Assembly (NCBI GenBank): GCA_037441705.1
Contig: JBBIRR010000001.1
Location: 141,919 to 205,918 of the forward strand
DNA from: Ignavibacteriales bacterium
GTDB taxonomy: Bacteria; Bacteroidota; Ignavibacteria; UBA10030; UBA6906
Direction: 5' to 3'
Length of the DNA: 64,000 nt
Shown: positions 56,064-64,000 of the stretch, piece after piece
How the letters are laid out: each line of letters opens with the position of its first letter
How positions within the stretch are numbered: position 1 is the stretch's first letter
Program-made: the position numbers and the translations under genes
Notes under the pieces: generated by a model
Databases searched by the model: none
Told to the model about the DNA's origin: nothing
The model's input: the letters and a program-made list of their open reading frames with translations, nothing else

Positions 56064-56618
56064 ATGCAGACTCCGACCATCATCTTCACATACGATGACT
56101 ACCTGACTCTTCCCAACGACGGGAAGAGATATGAGATTATTGACGGAGATTTGCACATCACCCCCGCACCCATCCCCGAGCACCAGCTTGTCCTTGTTTA
56201 TTTGACAGAAATCTTGCTGGCCTACCTTCGCAGCCATAAATGGGGAAAGTTGTTCGTTGCACCTACCGATGTGGTGTTCTCCATGACGGAAGTGGCACAA
56301 CCTGACATCGCAGTCGTTGCAAGAGAGCGTGACCACATCATCACAAAAAGGAATATCATTGCAGCTCCCGATCTCATCGTCGAGATTCTTTCGGAGGCAA
56401 CGGAGAAAACCGACCGGACAACAAAGAAGGCGATGTACGAACGGCATGGCGTGAAAGAATACTGGATCGTTGATCCGTCCGATCGCTCCGTGGAGATCTT
56501 CGAACTCGTGGGCGGAGCGTACGCGCCGGGCACACGCTTTGCATCAACGGAAGAAGTACACTCCCCGCTTCTGTCCGGGCTTTCGTTCCGTGTGCAGACC
56601 ATTTTCGACTTCGAGTAG
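56064..56618 (+). CDS. Uma2-family (DUF820) putative restriction-endonuclease-like protein
   Basis: YEIIDGDLHITPAPIPEHQLVL...PDIAVV...APDLIVEILS...KKAMYERHGVKEYWIVDP fits the PD-(D/E)xK-like Uma2 pattern as I recall it. Confidence 0.6.
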   Translation: MQTPTIIFTYDDYLTLPNDGKRYEIIDGDLHITPAPIPEHQLVLVYLTEILLAYLRSHKWGKLFVAPTDVVFSMTEVAQPDIAVVARERDHIITKRNIIAAPDLIVEILSEATEKTDRTTKKAMYERHGVKEYWIVDPSDRSVEIFELVGGAYAPGTRFASTEEVHSPLLSGLSFRVQTIFDFE

Positions 56619-56645
56619 TTTCCCATACCGAAAGGAGCCAACACC

Positions 56646-58154
56646 ATGTCACTCGCGGCAGAAGTACCCTCCATCGCCTCTGCAACAAAATCCTCCAACG
56701 GCGTTCGTGTGTTGATGAACTATGTGAACGGCTCGTGGGTGGACGCAAGAACCGGAGAGTTCCAACCTGTCATGAATCCTTCAATCGGGCAGCAGATTGC
56801 CCGGGTGCCGCTCTCGCTGCCGGAGGATGTTGATGCGGCAGTGCGCGCCGCGCGGGCGGCCTTCCCCGCATGGTCGGCAACGCCCATCAAGGAACGTGTG
56901 CAGGTTTTCTTCCGCTACAAGCGCTTGATGGAAGACCATCTGCAGGAGCTTGCCGCACTGGTGCATGAAGAAAACGGCAAGACGATGAGCGAGGCAATCG
57001 CCGAAATCGAAAAGGCGATCGAAGTAACGGAGTTCGCATGCTCGATGCCGCAGCTTGTGACGGGAGAGATTCTCGAGGTGAGCAAAGGGGTCGAGTGCAG
57101 AATTGATCGCTATCCTGTCGGGGTCGTCGCCTCGATCACGCCGTTCAACTTTCCCCACATGGTCCCGAACTGGACGATCCCGAATGCACTGGTGCTGGGC
57201 AATACGATGATCCTCAAGCCATCCGAGCTTGTGCCGCTCAGTTCCATCCGCATCGCGGAACTGCTGAAGGAAGCCGGCCTTCCCGACGGCGTGTTCAACA
57301 TCGTGCACGGCGGACAAACAGCAGTCGAAACAATTTGCGACCATCCGGGCATTGACGCACTCACGTTCGTTGGCTCGACGCGCGTCGCAAAGCTTGTGTA
57401 CGCACGCGCGACGTCGCACTTCAAGCGAGCGCTCTGTTTGGGCGGGGCGAAGAATCACCTCATCGTCCTTCCCGACGCGCATGAGGAAATGGCAGCGTCC
57501 AATATCGCCGCCTCGATGAGTGGCTGCGCCGGTCAACGCTGCATGGCCGCTTCGGCCATGGTCGCCGTCGGCAACGTGGACCACATCATCAAGCGATTGT
57601 GTGAAGAAGCAAAGAAGATCATCCCCGGGAAAAATCTCGGCGCCGTCATCTCGAAGAAAGCGAAGGAACGCATCGAGGGCTATATCACCGAAGCCGAACA
57701 GCAAGGGGCAAAAGTTCTCGTTGACGGACGGAACTATGTGGTCCAAGGAAAGGAGGAAGGCTTCTACGTGGGGCCAACAGTGATTGACCACGTTCGTCCG
57801 GAAATGCGTATTGCGAACGAGGAGGTGTTCGGACCGGTTCTTGCCATCATGCGCGTCAACACGGTTGATGAGGCGCTAAAGATTGAGAACAACAATCCGT
57901 ACGGCAATGCGGCATCGGTGTTCACGCAAAGCGGGGGCGCTGCCCGCTACGTGATCGAGCGTGCAAGTGCGGGTATGATCGGCGTGAACATCGGCGTGCC
58001 CGTCCCACGAGAACCGTTCTCGTTCGGCGGATGGAATGAGTCGAAGTTCGGTGCGTGCGACATCACCGGCAAAAGCTCCATCGAGTTTCTCACCAAGCCG
58101 AAGAAGACCACCATCAAGTGGAATCCGGAATCGCGTGTGAATTGGATGAGTTAG
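56646..58154 (+). CDS. mmsA: CoA-acylating methylmalonate/malonate-semialdehyde dehydrogenase
   Basis: ALDH fold with the MmsA-type ITPFNFPHMVPNW segment and catalytic Cys in LCLGGAKN. AAAGGAG RBS 8 nt upstream. Confidence 0.8.
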   Translation: MSLAAEVPSIASATKSSNGVRVLMNYVNGSWVDARTGEFQPVMNPSIGQQIARVPLSLPEDVDAAVRAARAAFPAWSATPIKERVQVFFRYKRLMEDHLQELAALVHEENGKTMSEAIAEIEKAIEVTEFACSMPQLVTGEILEVSKGVECRIDRYPVGVVASITPFNFPHMVPNWTIPNALVLGNTMILKPSELVPLSSIRIAELLKEAGLPDGVFNIVHGGQTAVETICDHPGIDALTFVGSTRVAKLVYARATSHFKRALCLGGAKNHLIVLPDAHEEMAASNIAASMSGCAGQRCMAASAMVAVGNVDHIIKRLCEEAKKIIPGKNLGAVISKKAKERIEGYITEAEQQGAKVLVDGRNYVVQGKEEGFYVGPTVIDHVRPEMRIANEEVFGPVLAIMRVNTVDEALKIENNNPYGNAASVFTQSGGAARYVIERASAGMIGVNIGVPVPREPFSFGGWNESKFGACDITGKSSIEFLTKPKKTTIKWNPESRVNWMS

Positions 58155-58173
58155 CAAGGTAAACGTCTCGGAA

Positions 58174-58205
58174 ATGGAGTGTTGGAGTTCTGGAGTTGTG
58201 GGGGT
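58174..58205. repeat. GGAGTNNN octamer array (left inverted arm of the element carrying the four-helix-bundle gene)
   Basis: GGAGTgtt GGAGTtct GGAGTtgt GGGGGttc. Inverted relative to the array at 58721-58820. Confidence 0.5.
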
Positions 58206-58277
58206 TCCATTACATCCCTGTGGTGGACGGAGGCTTCAAGTGAGAATCTATTGCGGACCGGAAATCCGGAGTTGCAA

Positions 58278-58718
58278 ATGACCGAATATACGAAACGAAA
58301 GAACGTCAACCGCGGCTACATGAAGCTTGATGTCTGGCAGAATAGCATCGAGCTTTACAAGATCGTTCACAACATTGTTTACAAGGAATCCCAATTGGAT
58401 TTCAAAATCCGGTCACAGATCGACGACGCCGCTCATTCCGTCTCGAGCAACATCGCCGAAGGTTATGCAAGAAGATCAATCCACGAGTACATCCAGCACC
58501 TTTATGTTGCTGCCGGGTCACTTGCAGAAACACTCACCCGAACAATTGGACTGATGGTAACAGGTCAGATATCTGGAAAACAGTTCGAGCACATTGATGA
58601 GATGCATTATGAAGTGGAGAACAAACTGATCCGACTCATAGAAAGCTTGGAGCATAAACGTGACACCGGCTCCTGGGTCAACAAGATATCAGAACCCATA
58701 GACGTATACAACCCGTAG
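58278..58718 (+). CDS. Four-helix-bundle protein (TIGR02436 / 23S rRNA intervening-sequence protein family)
   Basis: LDVWQNSIELYKIVHNI...AAHSVSSNIAEGYARRS..EYIQHLYVAAGSLAETLT matches the family pattern (LxVWQ...AxSIxxNIAEG...GSxxE) as I remember it. Confidence 0.65.
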   Translation: MTEYTKRKNVNRGYMKLDVWQNSIELYKIVHNIVYKESQLDFKIRSQIDDAAHSVSSNIAEGYARRSIHEYIQHLYVAAGSLAETLTRTIGLMVTGQISGKQFEHIDEMHYEVENKLIRLIESLEHKRDTGSWVNKISEPIDVYNP

Positions 58719-58720
58719 CT

Positions 58721-58820
58721 CCCACCACTCCAATACCCCAATACTCCAATACTCCATTACTCCATTACTCCACTACTCCATCACTGCGTCACTCCGTCAC
58801 CCCATCACTCTACCCTCCTC
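58721..58820. repeat. Tandem octanucleotide repeat array (about 11 units of ACTCCAnT / CCAnTACT)
   Basis: CCACCACT CCAATACC CCAATACT CCAATACT CCATTACT CCATTACT CCACTACT CCATCACT ... lies in the convergent intergenic region. It is the reverse complement of the GGAGTNNN units upstream of the four-helix-bundle gene. Confidence 0.7.
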
Positions 58821-60229
58821 CTCATCATCGCCGCATACACCGCGAACGCGACCGCAAAGCCGACGAACCAGGCGTAGTCATAGAGAAAGCGCAACGGCTC
58901 CACCAACAAGCCGATGAGCGCGACCACGACGCCTGCGGCAAGGGCAAGGAGCGCCCGAAGATTGAACCCCCCTGCAAACTCATACTCTCCCCCGCGTAGA
59001 TACAGATCACGCACGCTGAGGGTTCTCTTCCGCACGAGATAGTAATCCGCGATCAACACACCGGCGATGGGACCGAGAAAACTCGAGTACCCAACAAGCC
59101 AGCCGAAGATGTACGTACCGTAATCGGACAGCAGCTTCCACGGCATCATCACGATGCCCAGCACGGCCGTGATGAGGCCGCCGGTTTTGAAGCTGATTTT
59201 TCGCGGCAGCAGATTGGCAAAGTCGTTTGCCGGCGAGACAACATTTGCAGCAATATTCGTCGTGAGCGTTGCAACGACAAGAGCAATGAGCGAGAGAAGG
59301 ATGACGATGGGACTTTCGAACTTCGACAGCAAGACGACCGGATCCCAAATCGCTTCGCCAAAAAGCACCACGGTGGCGGAGGTGACCGCCACACCGATGA
59401 ACGAGTACAGAGCCATCGTCGGCGGCAGGCCGATGGCCTGACCAATGATCTGCGCACGCTGGCTTCGGGCGTAGCGCGTAAAGTCGGGAATGTTGAGCGA
59501 GAGCGTTGCCCAGAAGCCGACCATGCCGGTGAGCGACGGCATGAAGAACGCCCAGAACTCGCCGGCCGTCTGGAACTTGCTCGGCTGGGCAAACATGGGA
59601 CCGAAGCTGCCGATGCGCGTATAAGCCCACGCCAACAGCGCCAGCCCAACAATGATCAGAAACGGCGCGGCAAGCGCTTCCAGCCATTTGATTGATTCCG
59701 TTCCTTTGATGATGAAGTAGACGTTCATTCCCCAGAAAATGAGAAACCCGATCGCCGGTCCCCATTCGAAAATAGCCCACTGCGGAAGCAGTAGGACGAT
59801 CAGCGAGTTGAATGCCTGTCCCCCAATCCATGTTTGAATGCCGAACCACCCGCAGGCAACAACAGCGCGCAGCAATGCGGGCACATTCGAGCCGAGCGTC
59901 CCGAATGAGGCACGCGCAAGAACCGGAAACGGAATGCCGTACTTCGTTCCTGCGTGCGCGTTCAACACCATTGGAATGAGCACAATGATGTTACCGAGCG
60001 TGATGGTGAGCAGCGCCTGCCACCAATTCATGCCGCCGGCAATCAATCCGCTGGCAAGCATGTAGGTGGGGATGCAGACGCTCATGCCGATCCAGAGTGC
60101 GGCGATGTGGTACGTGCCCCACGTGCGCTGAGCGATTTTGGTCGGGGCGATGTCGGGATTGATGAGAGGACTGTGGTTGACGGAGGAGAGATCAGCCTCA
60201 ACGAGTTCGGAGGTTACCTGCGTTTGCAT
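58805..60229 (-). CDS. NCS1-family nucleobase/hydantoin:cation symporter
   Basis: 12-TM protein. The N-terminal region ...RTWGTYHIAALWIGMSVCIPTYMLASGLIAGGMNWWQAL resembles Mhp1/PucI/CodB-type NCS1 transporters. Confidence 0.75.
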   Translation of the reverse strand: MQTQVTSELVEADLSSVNHSPLINPDIAPTKIAQRTWGTYHIAALWIGMSVCIPTYMLASGLIAGGMNWWQALLTITLGNIIVLIPMVLNAHAGTKYGIPFPVLARASFGTLGSNVPALLRAVVACGWFGIQTWIGGQAFNSLIVLLLPQWAIFEWGPAIGFLIFWGMNVYFIIKGTESIKWLEALAAPFLIIVGLALLAWAYTRIGSFGPMFAQPSKFQTAGEFWAFFMPSLTGMVGFWATLSLNIPDFTRYARSQRAQIIGQAIGLPPTMALYSFIGVAVTSATVVLFGEAIWDPVVLLSKFESPIVILLSLIALVVATLTTNIAANVVSPANDFANLLPRKISFKTGGLITAVLGIVMMPWKLLSDYGTYIFGWLVGYSSFLGPIAGVLIADYYLVRKRTLSVRDLYLRGGEYEFAGGFNLRALLALAAGVVVALIGLLVEPLRFLYDYAWFVGFAVAFAVYAAMMRRRVE

Positions 60230-60312
60230 AGAAGAACACCGTTGTCAATGGACAGAAAGCGTGATGCGATGGCCTCATGATAGGAAATGGAAAGCCGAAG
60301 GTCAAGCACCTC

Positions 60313-60492
60313 TTATCCCGGCAGCGAAGAGAAGTGGGGATGCTTCACGCTGACATCCCCACTTCGCGAGCTCACACCGACGAGGGGATTGCCGGCATGA
60401 TCGGTCACCTTTCCGCTCACTTCTACCTCCTGCGAAAGCGCCGGGCCACCTGCCCAGACAAGAACCAGCAGCAACAGTAGAAGATGTTTCAT
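60313..60492 (-). CDS. 59-aa secreted peptide resembling a SusC/TonB-dependent-receptor N-terminus (possible gene remnant)
   Basis: ATG is 7 nt after AAAGGAG. Signal peptide MKHLLLLLLVLVWAGGPALSQ followed by EVEVSGKVTDHAGNPLVGVS, the typical first strand of a CarbopepD_reg plug-associated domain. It then terminates. Confidence 0.3.
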   Translation of the reverse strand: MKHLLLLLLVLVWAGGPALSQEVEVSGKVTDHAGNPLVGVSSRSGDVSVKHPHFSSLPG

Positions 60493-60567
60493 AGGGGGTC
60501 TCCTTTGAATGTGAAAAGTTGAGTGAATTGAGAAACAACGCGCGTTCTCACCCCCCCGCATGCGCTT

Positions 60568-61956
60568 TCACCCACTTGCTAACGGTTCGCGTTTGATGAA
60601 TTTGCCGCGGCCCACCGTCCCGACAAACTTTCCGTCACGCGCCGCAACTTCGCCGCGGACGGTAACCACGTGCGGCCTGCCTTTGATCTGCCATCCCTCG
60701 AACGCGCTGTAGTCAACGTTGAGCTGATGCGTGCGCGCCGAAATCGTTCCGCGATACTGCGGATCGTACACCACCACATCGGCATCACTGCCGACGGCGA
60801 TGGTGCCCTTGCGCGGGTACAAGCCGAACAACCGGGCCGCCTGCGTGCTGGCACAATTCACAAGTGTGTTCAGGTCAAGACGACCTTCGCAGACCCCGTA
60901 GGTGTAGAGCAAGTTGATGCGATCTTCGAGCGAGGGGATGCCGTTCGGTATTTTGGTGAAGTCGTTGCGTCCCATCTCTTTTTGTCCGACAAAATCGAAC
61001 GGCGCATGATCGGTGGCAACCGTTGAGACAAGTCCCTGACGTATCGCGTTCCAGAACACAGCCTGATTCCGCTTGTCGCGCAGCGGCGGGGACATGACGT
61101 ACTTTGCCCCTTCGAAGTTCGGCAGCTCGGCGTAACTTTTGTCCAGCAGTAAATACTGAATCAATGTCTCGACCCGCACATGCAGGCCGCGCTGCATGGC
61201 AAGCAGCGCTTCTTGCAGCGCTTCTTCACAGCTAGTATGGACAATGTAGCAGTGCGTGCCGTGCAGCTCGGCAAAGGTCAGCAGATGATGCACGCCTTCC
61301 GCCTCGATGCGCGGGGGGCGGCTCCAATAGTGCCATTCGGGTCCCGTCTTTCCTTCGCCGAGCAGCTTCTGCTGCAGTTCGAACACGGCGTCCGCATTCT
61401 CGCAGTGTGCCGTAACAGTAACGCCGAGTTCTTTCGCGAGCCGCATGGTGTGGTACAGCTCCTCGTCCGTAATGCCGAACGCGCCTTTGTATGCGAGGAA
61501 CACTTTGAAACTCGTTATCCCGCTGCGGACGATTTCCCTCAACTCCCCTTCAGTCTTCTTGTCGAACCGCGTCACGGCTTGATGAAATGTGAAATCGCAT
61601 GCACTCTTGCCCTCGGCTTTTCCTCGCCACAACTCGAATCCATCGCGCAGCGGGTTCTCGGCTCTCGACTGACAGATCATTTCGATGAACGTCGTCGTCC
61701 CTCCAACGAGTGCCGCCTTGCTTGCCGTTTCATGCGTGTCTTTCGCGAACGTTCCCATGAACGGCAGATAGATGTGCACGTGCGGATCAATGAAGCCGGG
61801 AAAGACATACTTTCCCGTCGCATCAATTATCGTTGCGTTCGGCGGCGCGTCCAGGTGCTTGCCGATGCGAGTGATTTGTTCATTCTCGCAATAGATATCT
61901 GCCACGTAGTCCTGATCGGCAGTGATGATCCGACCGTTTTTGATGAGGATGGACAT
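60568..61956 (-). CDS. Dihydropyrimidinase / D-hydantoinase (cyclic amidohydrolase)
   Basis: GFIDPHVHIY (metal-binding His pair), FKVFLAYKG (carboxylated Lys) and VATDHAPF. 462 aa. Confidence 0.85.
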   Translation of the reverse strand: MSILIKNGRIITADQDYVADIYCENEQITRIGKHLDAPPNATIIDATGKYVFPGFIDPHVHIYLPFMGTFAKDTHETASKAALVGGTTTFIEMICQSRAENPLRDGFELWRGKAEGKSACDFTFHQAVTRFDKKTEGELREIVRSGITSFKVFLAYKGAFGITDEELYHTMRLAKELGVTVTAHCENADAVFELQQKLLGEGKTGPEWHYWSRPPRIEAEGVHHLLTFAELHGTHCYIVHTSCEEALQEALLAMQRGLHVRVETLIQYLLLDKSYAELPNFEGAKYVMSPPLRDKRNQAVFWNAIRQGLVSTVATDHAPFDFVGQKEMGRNDFTKIPNGIPSLEDRINLLYTYGVCEGRLDLNTLVNCASTQAARLFGLYPRKGTIAVGSDADVVVYDPQYRGTISARTHQLNVDYSAFEGWQIKGRPHVVTVRGEVAARDGKFVGTVGRGKFIKREPLASG

Positions 61957-62029
61957 TGATGGCTCCTTGATTCATGAGGTTCAAGATTAGGGTTTAGACC
62001 TTCTCGTCCAGCGGGCGGCTAATGCCGTC

Positions 62030-62257
62030 TCACGCGTTTGAGACGCCGGAGGCAGTTTGCCATTCAAGAACAAGCAAAGCCTGAATCTGAACAGGAACAG
62101 TGGCAAGAGTTTCGCCGTCTGAGTTGCTGAACTCCACAAGAACATTTTCATCATCAAGCGGCTCAACGACCGTCCCAACCATCCCACGGATGAGTTTTTC
62201 GTCTGGGATGTCCTGAAGCAGTGCGACGACATCATAGGGCTTTGGTTTCGCCGTCAT
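62030..62257 (-). CDS. DUF4926-like small protein
   Basis: DVVALLQDIPDEKLIRGMVGTVVEPLDDENVLVEFSNSDGETLATVPV matches my memory of DUF4926. Overlaps the upstream partner by ATGA. Confidence 0.5.
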   Translation of the reverse strand: MTAKPKPYDVVALLQDIPDEKLIRGMVGTVVEPLDDENVLVEFSNSDGETLATVPVQIQALLVLEWQTASGVSNA

Positions 62258-62508
62258 TTCATTCTCCTCCTAACAAAACAAGAAATCAGTCGTGCTTTCG
62301 CGGAACGTCTTGGAACCATCCATATACTCCGAAGAATTTCCTTGCCCTTCACGCCGTCAATCTCATAATCAATTCGGAAGTACTCACCGTACTTGTCACT
62401 TCGAACCAGTTGAGCTTCAGCTTCTTCCGTGGGAAGACTTCTTCTACTTTTCTGAGCCGCGAAAGACGGATGCCGGACAATTCCGTATTGCCGTTGCCCG
62501 GCATCCAA
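62254..62508 (-). CDS. 84-aa hypothetical protein paired with the DUF4926-like gene
   Basis: I recognise no confident family. The 4-nt overlap with the downstream gene suggests a two-gene module. Confidence 0.35.
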   Translation of the reverse strand: MDAGQRQYGIVRHPSFAAQKSRRSLPTEEAEAQLVRSDKYGEYFRIDYEIDGVKGKEILRSIWMVPRRSAKARLISCFVRRRMK

Positions 62509-62523
62509 TGAGTTACGGTATTG

Positions 62524-62943
62524 TTATGCTGTCGCTGCGCCCTTCTTCATCACAGCCGCGACAACGGCACCGAGAATCACATACCAGATGATGCCGTAGA
62601 TCGTCATGATCCACGATAGCCCGTACGGAAACCCGTTGAACATCAGGTTCATGAAGATGTATGTCGGGAAGCTCATGAGGATCCCGAGGTAGAGACCCGC
62701 GGTTGCACCGTCCTTCACCGTTGTGCCGAACGAAGCGGCAACCTTGTCATACACCCATGCGAAAACGAACACTGCAACGAAGTCGCCGATAACGAACCAT
62801 GCCACGTTCCCTTCCTGACGAAACAGTGCCGTGTTCTGCATGATGTACGCCGGTTGAAGCCACAAACTCCACACAAGCCAATCCAGCACATTTACCACCA
62901 CACCACCCACCAACACCGCGAGCCAGAACTTGCCGCTTTTCAT
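62524..62943 (-). CDS. Small hypothetical membrane protein (4 TM)
   Basis: ATG 62943 (MKSGKFWLAVLVGG) follows AGGAGG. Hydrophobic throughout. Confidence 0.5.
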   Translation of the reverse strand: MKSGKFWLAVLVGGVVVNVLDWLVWSLWLQPAYIMQNTALFRQEGNVAWFVIGDFVAVFVFAWVYDKVAASFGTTVKDGATAGLYLGILMSFPTYIFMNLMFNGFPYGLSWIMTIYGIIWYVILGAVVAAVMKKGAATA

Positions 62944-63063
62944 AGTGCCTCCTATTGATGTTTGTTTGTTGTTTGGGTGATGATTCGGTTGGCATAAAGG
63001 GACAATGTCATCCGAACCGTACATGTTCGTGTTCAAGAAGCAGGGCGTTGCCCCAGCGTCATG

Positions 63064-64000
63064 TCAGTGAATTTCAATCCCATGTTTCTTCTGGAAAGCT
63101 CGCAGCGCATCCCACGTGAGCGGCTGCGGAAGCTCTTTGACCAACTGGTTCCAGGTCTTGGATTCCTTCCCATCATCGAGCCGCACCATCGAGATGCAGT
63201 TTTCCACGGGGCAAACGATGTAACAGAGCCGGCAGCCAACGCAATCTTCTTCGCGAACTTTCGGTTGGAGGATTGTCTCGGACGCGCCGTTCTTTCCGAC
63301 TTGCTTCGGAATCCTGTCGATGCACTGATGCGCGCTGTCTTCACAGGCAATGTAGCAGAGATTGCATTGAATGCACTTCGCCTCGTCAATGCGCGCAACG
63401 GATTTGTACAGAAGGTTGAGATTCCCGAAATCGTCTATCCCGCGCAGCGCTTTGCCGCGAACCTGCTCGAGCGAGGTGTAGCCCTTCTCCTCCATCCAGT
63501 GTTCCAAACCTTCGATCATATCCTCCACGATCCTGAAGCCGTAGTGCATGACTGCGGTGCAGACTTGCACGCTGGTTGCGCCAAGAAGAACAAACTCCAG
63601 CGCGTCGCGCCAGGTTGAAATGCCGCCGATGCCGGAAATAGGAAGTTGAATTTCGGGATCAAGGGCGATTTGCGAGACCATATTGAGGGCAATCGGTTTG
63701 ACGGCCGGACCGGCATACCCGCCATGACCGCCTTTGCCGTCAACCGCCGGTTTCAGCTCGAACGTGTCAAGATCAACGCCCATGATCGTGTTGATGGTAT
63801 TGATGAGCGAGATGCCGTTCGCGCCTGCTCGCTTCGCCGCGCGGCCCGGATAGCGGACGTCTGTTACGTTCGGCGTGAGTTTGACGAGCACGGGAACCGT
63901 CGAGGCTTCCATCACCCATTCGGTGATCATCTGACAATACTCGGGAACTTGTCCCACCGCCGAGCCCATGCCGCGCTCACTCATGCCGTGCGGACAGCCG
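63064..64000 (-). CDS. preA: NAD-dependent dihydropyrimidine dehydrogenase subunit PreA-like (partial; 5' end beyond window)
   Basis: DHOD-like TIM-barrel region (GGHGGYAGPAVKPIAL...ISGIGGIST) plus two C-terminal 4Fe-4S motifs (CIQCNLCYIACE; CVGCRLCYIVCP). Confidence 0.7.
   Translation of the reverse strand, partial: GCPHGMSERGMGSAVGQVPEYCQMITEWVMEASTVPVLVKLTPNVTDVRYPGRAAKRAGANGISLINTINTIMGVDLDTFELKPAVDGKGGHGGYAGPAVKPIALNMVSQIALDPEIQLPISGIGGISTWRDALEFVLLGATSVQVCTAVMHYGFRIVEDMIEGLEHWMEEKGYTSLEQVRGKALRGIDDFGNLNLLYKSVARIDEAKCIQCNLCYIACEDSAHQCIDRIPKQVGKNGASETILQPKVREEDCVGCRLCYIVCPVENCISMVRLDDGKESKTWNQLVKELPQPLTWDALRAFQKKHGIEIH

Noticed and set aside
58721-58820. Checked whether the tandem repeat array is a CRISPR
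   Set aside because: Unit length is only 8 nt with no unique spacers and no cas genes nearby. It is a micro/minisatellite-type array, not CRISPR.

Overview
GC-rich bacterial chromosome segment of about 64 kb, dense with genes. Shine-Dalgarno sequences (AGGAGG-like) precede many starts and many adjacent genes overlap by 4 nt (ATGA or TGATG), which implies translationally coupled operons. A Por/T9SS C-terminal sorting domain on one secreted glycoside hydrolase points to an FCB-group organism (Bacteroidota, Rhodothermota or Ignavibacteriota-like); this placement is inference only.

Content by region:
- 1-18.9 kb: housekeeping and stress genes. These are a PEBP/YbhB-family protein, a TauE/SafE exporter, a DUF2461 protein, an S9 peptidase, Tex, RF3 (prfC), SppA, HU, a zinc-ribbon/TPR protein and a 31-aa bS22-like peptide missed by the ORF track. 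They are followed by Lon and three tandem Hsp20 genes, then a cytochrome c plus putative blue-copper protein pair and an orphan LuxR/NarL-family regulator.
- 18.98-19.21 kb: a nested inverted-repeat element directly abutting tRNA-Pro(GGG).
- 19.28-41.51 kb: the most striking feature. Sixteen genes sit on one strand and are translationally coupled. They form a polysaccharide locus using a Wzm/Wzt ABC exporter. The locus encodes WecB, a DegT aminotransferase, a CE4 deacetylase, an SGNH hydrolase and eight glycosyltransferases (five GT4, two GT2, one GT-C). It is bracketed by two highly similar GH8 hydrolase paralogs with different accessory architectures: a BNR propeller-GH8 fusion, and GH8 followed by FN3 repeats and a T9SS C-terminal domain.
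- 41.6-51.4 kb: a six-gene signalling cluster. It holds a PAS/HisKA_3 kinase with a NarL-type regulator, then a REC-PAS protein, a multi-PAS kinase, a REC-HDOD protein and a REC protein with a degenerate HD-GYP domain (DGSGEP in place of GYP). The cluster is separated from the polysaccharide locus by a promoter region containing tandem 12-nt repeats.
- 51.4-64 kb: msrA, a rhomboid protease, a DUF493 protein, a DnaQ-like exonuclease fused to a GIY-YIG domain, a PfkB kinase and a Uma2 endonuclease. A reductive pyrimidine/hydantoin catabolic set follows (mmsA, NCS1 permease, dihydropyrimidinase, and partial preA at the window edge). This set is interrupted by a four-helix-bundle gene flanked by inverted arrays of GGAGTNNN octamers, and by a small overlapping DUF4926-type gene pair.

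No CRISPR array, rRNA, integrase or transposase was found. Many long ORFs on the opposite strand of these genes are artefacts of high GC content.
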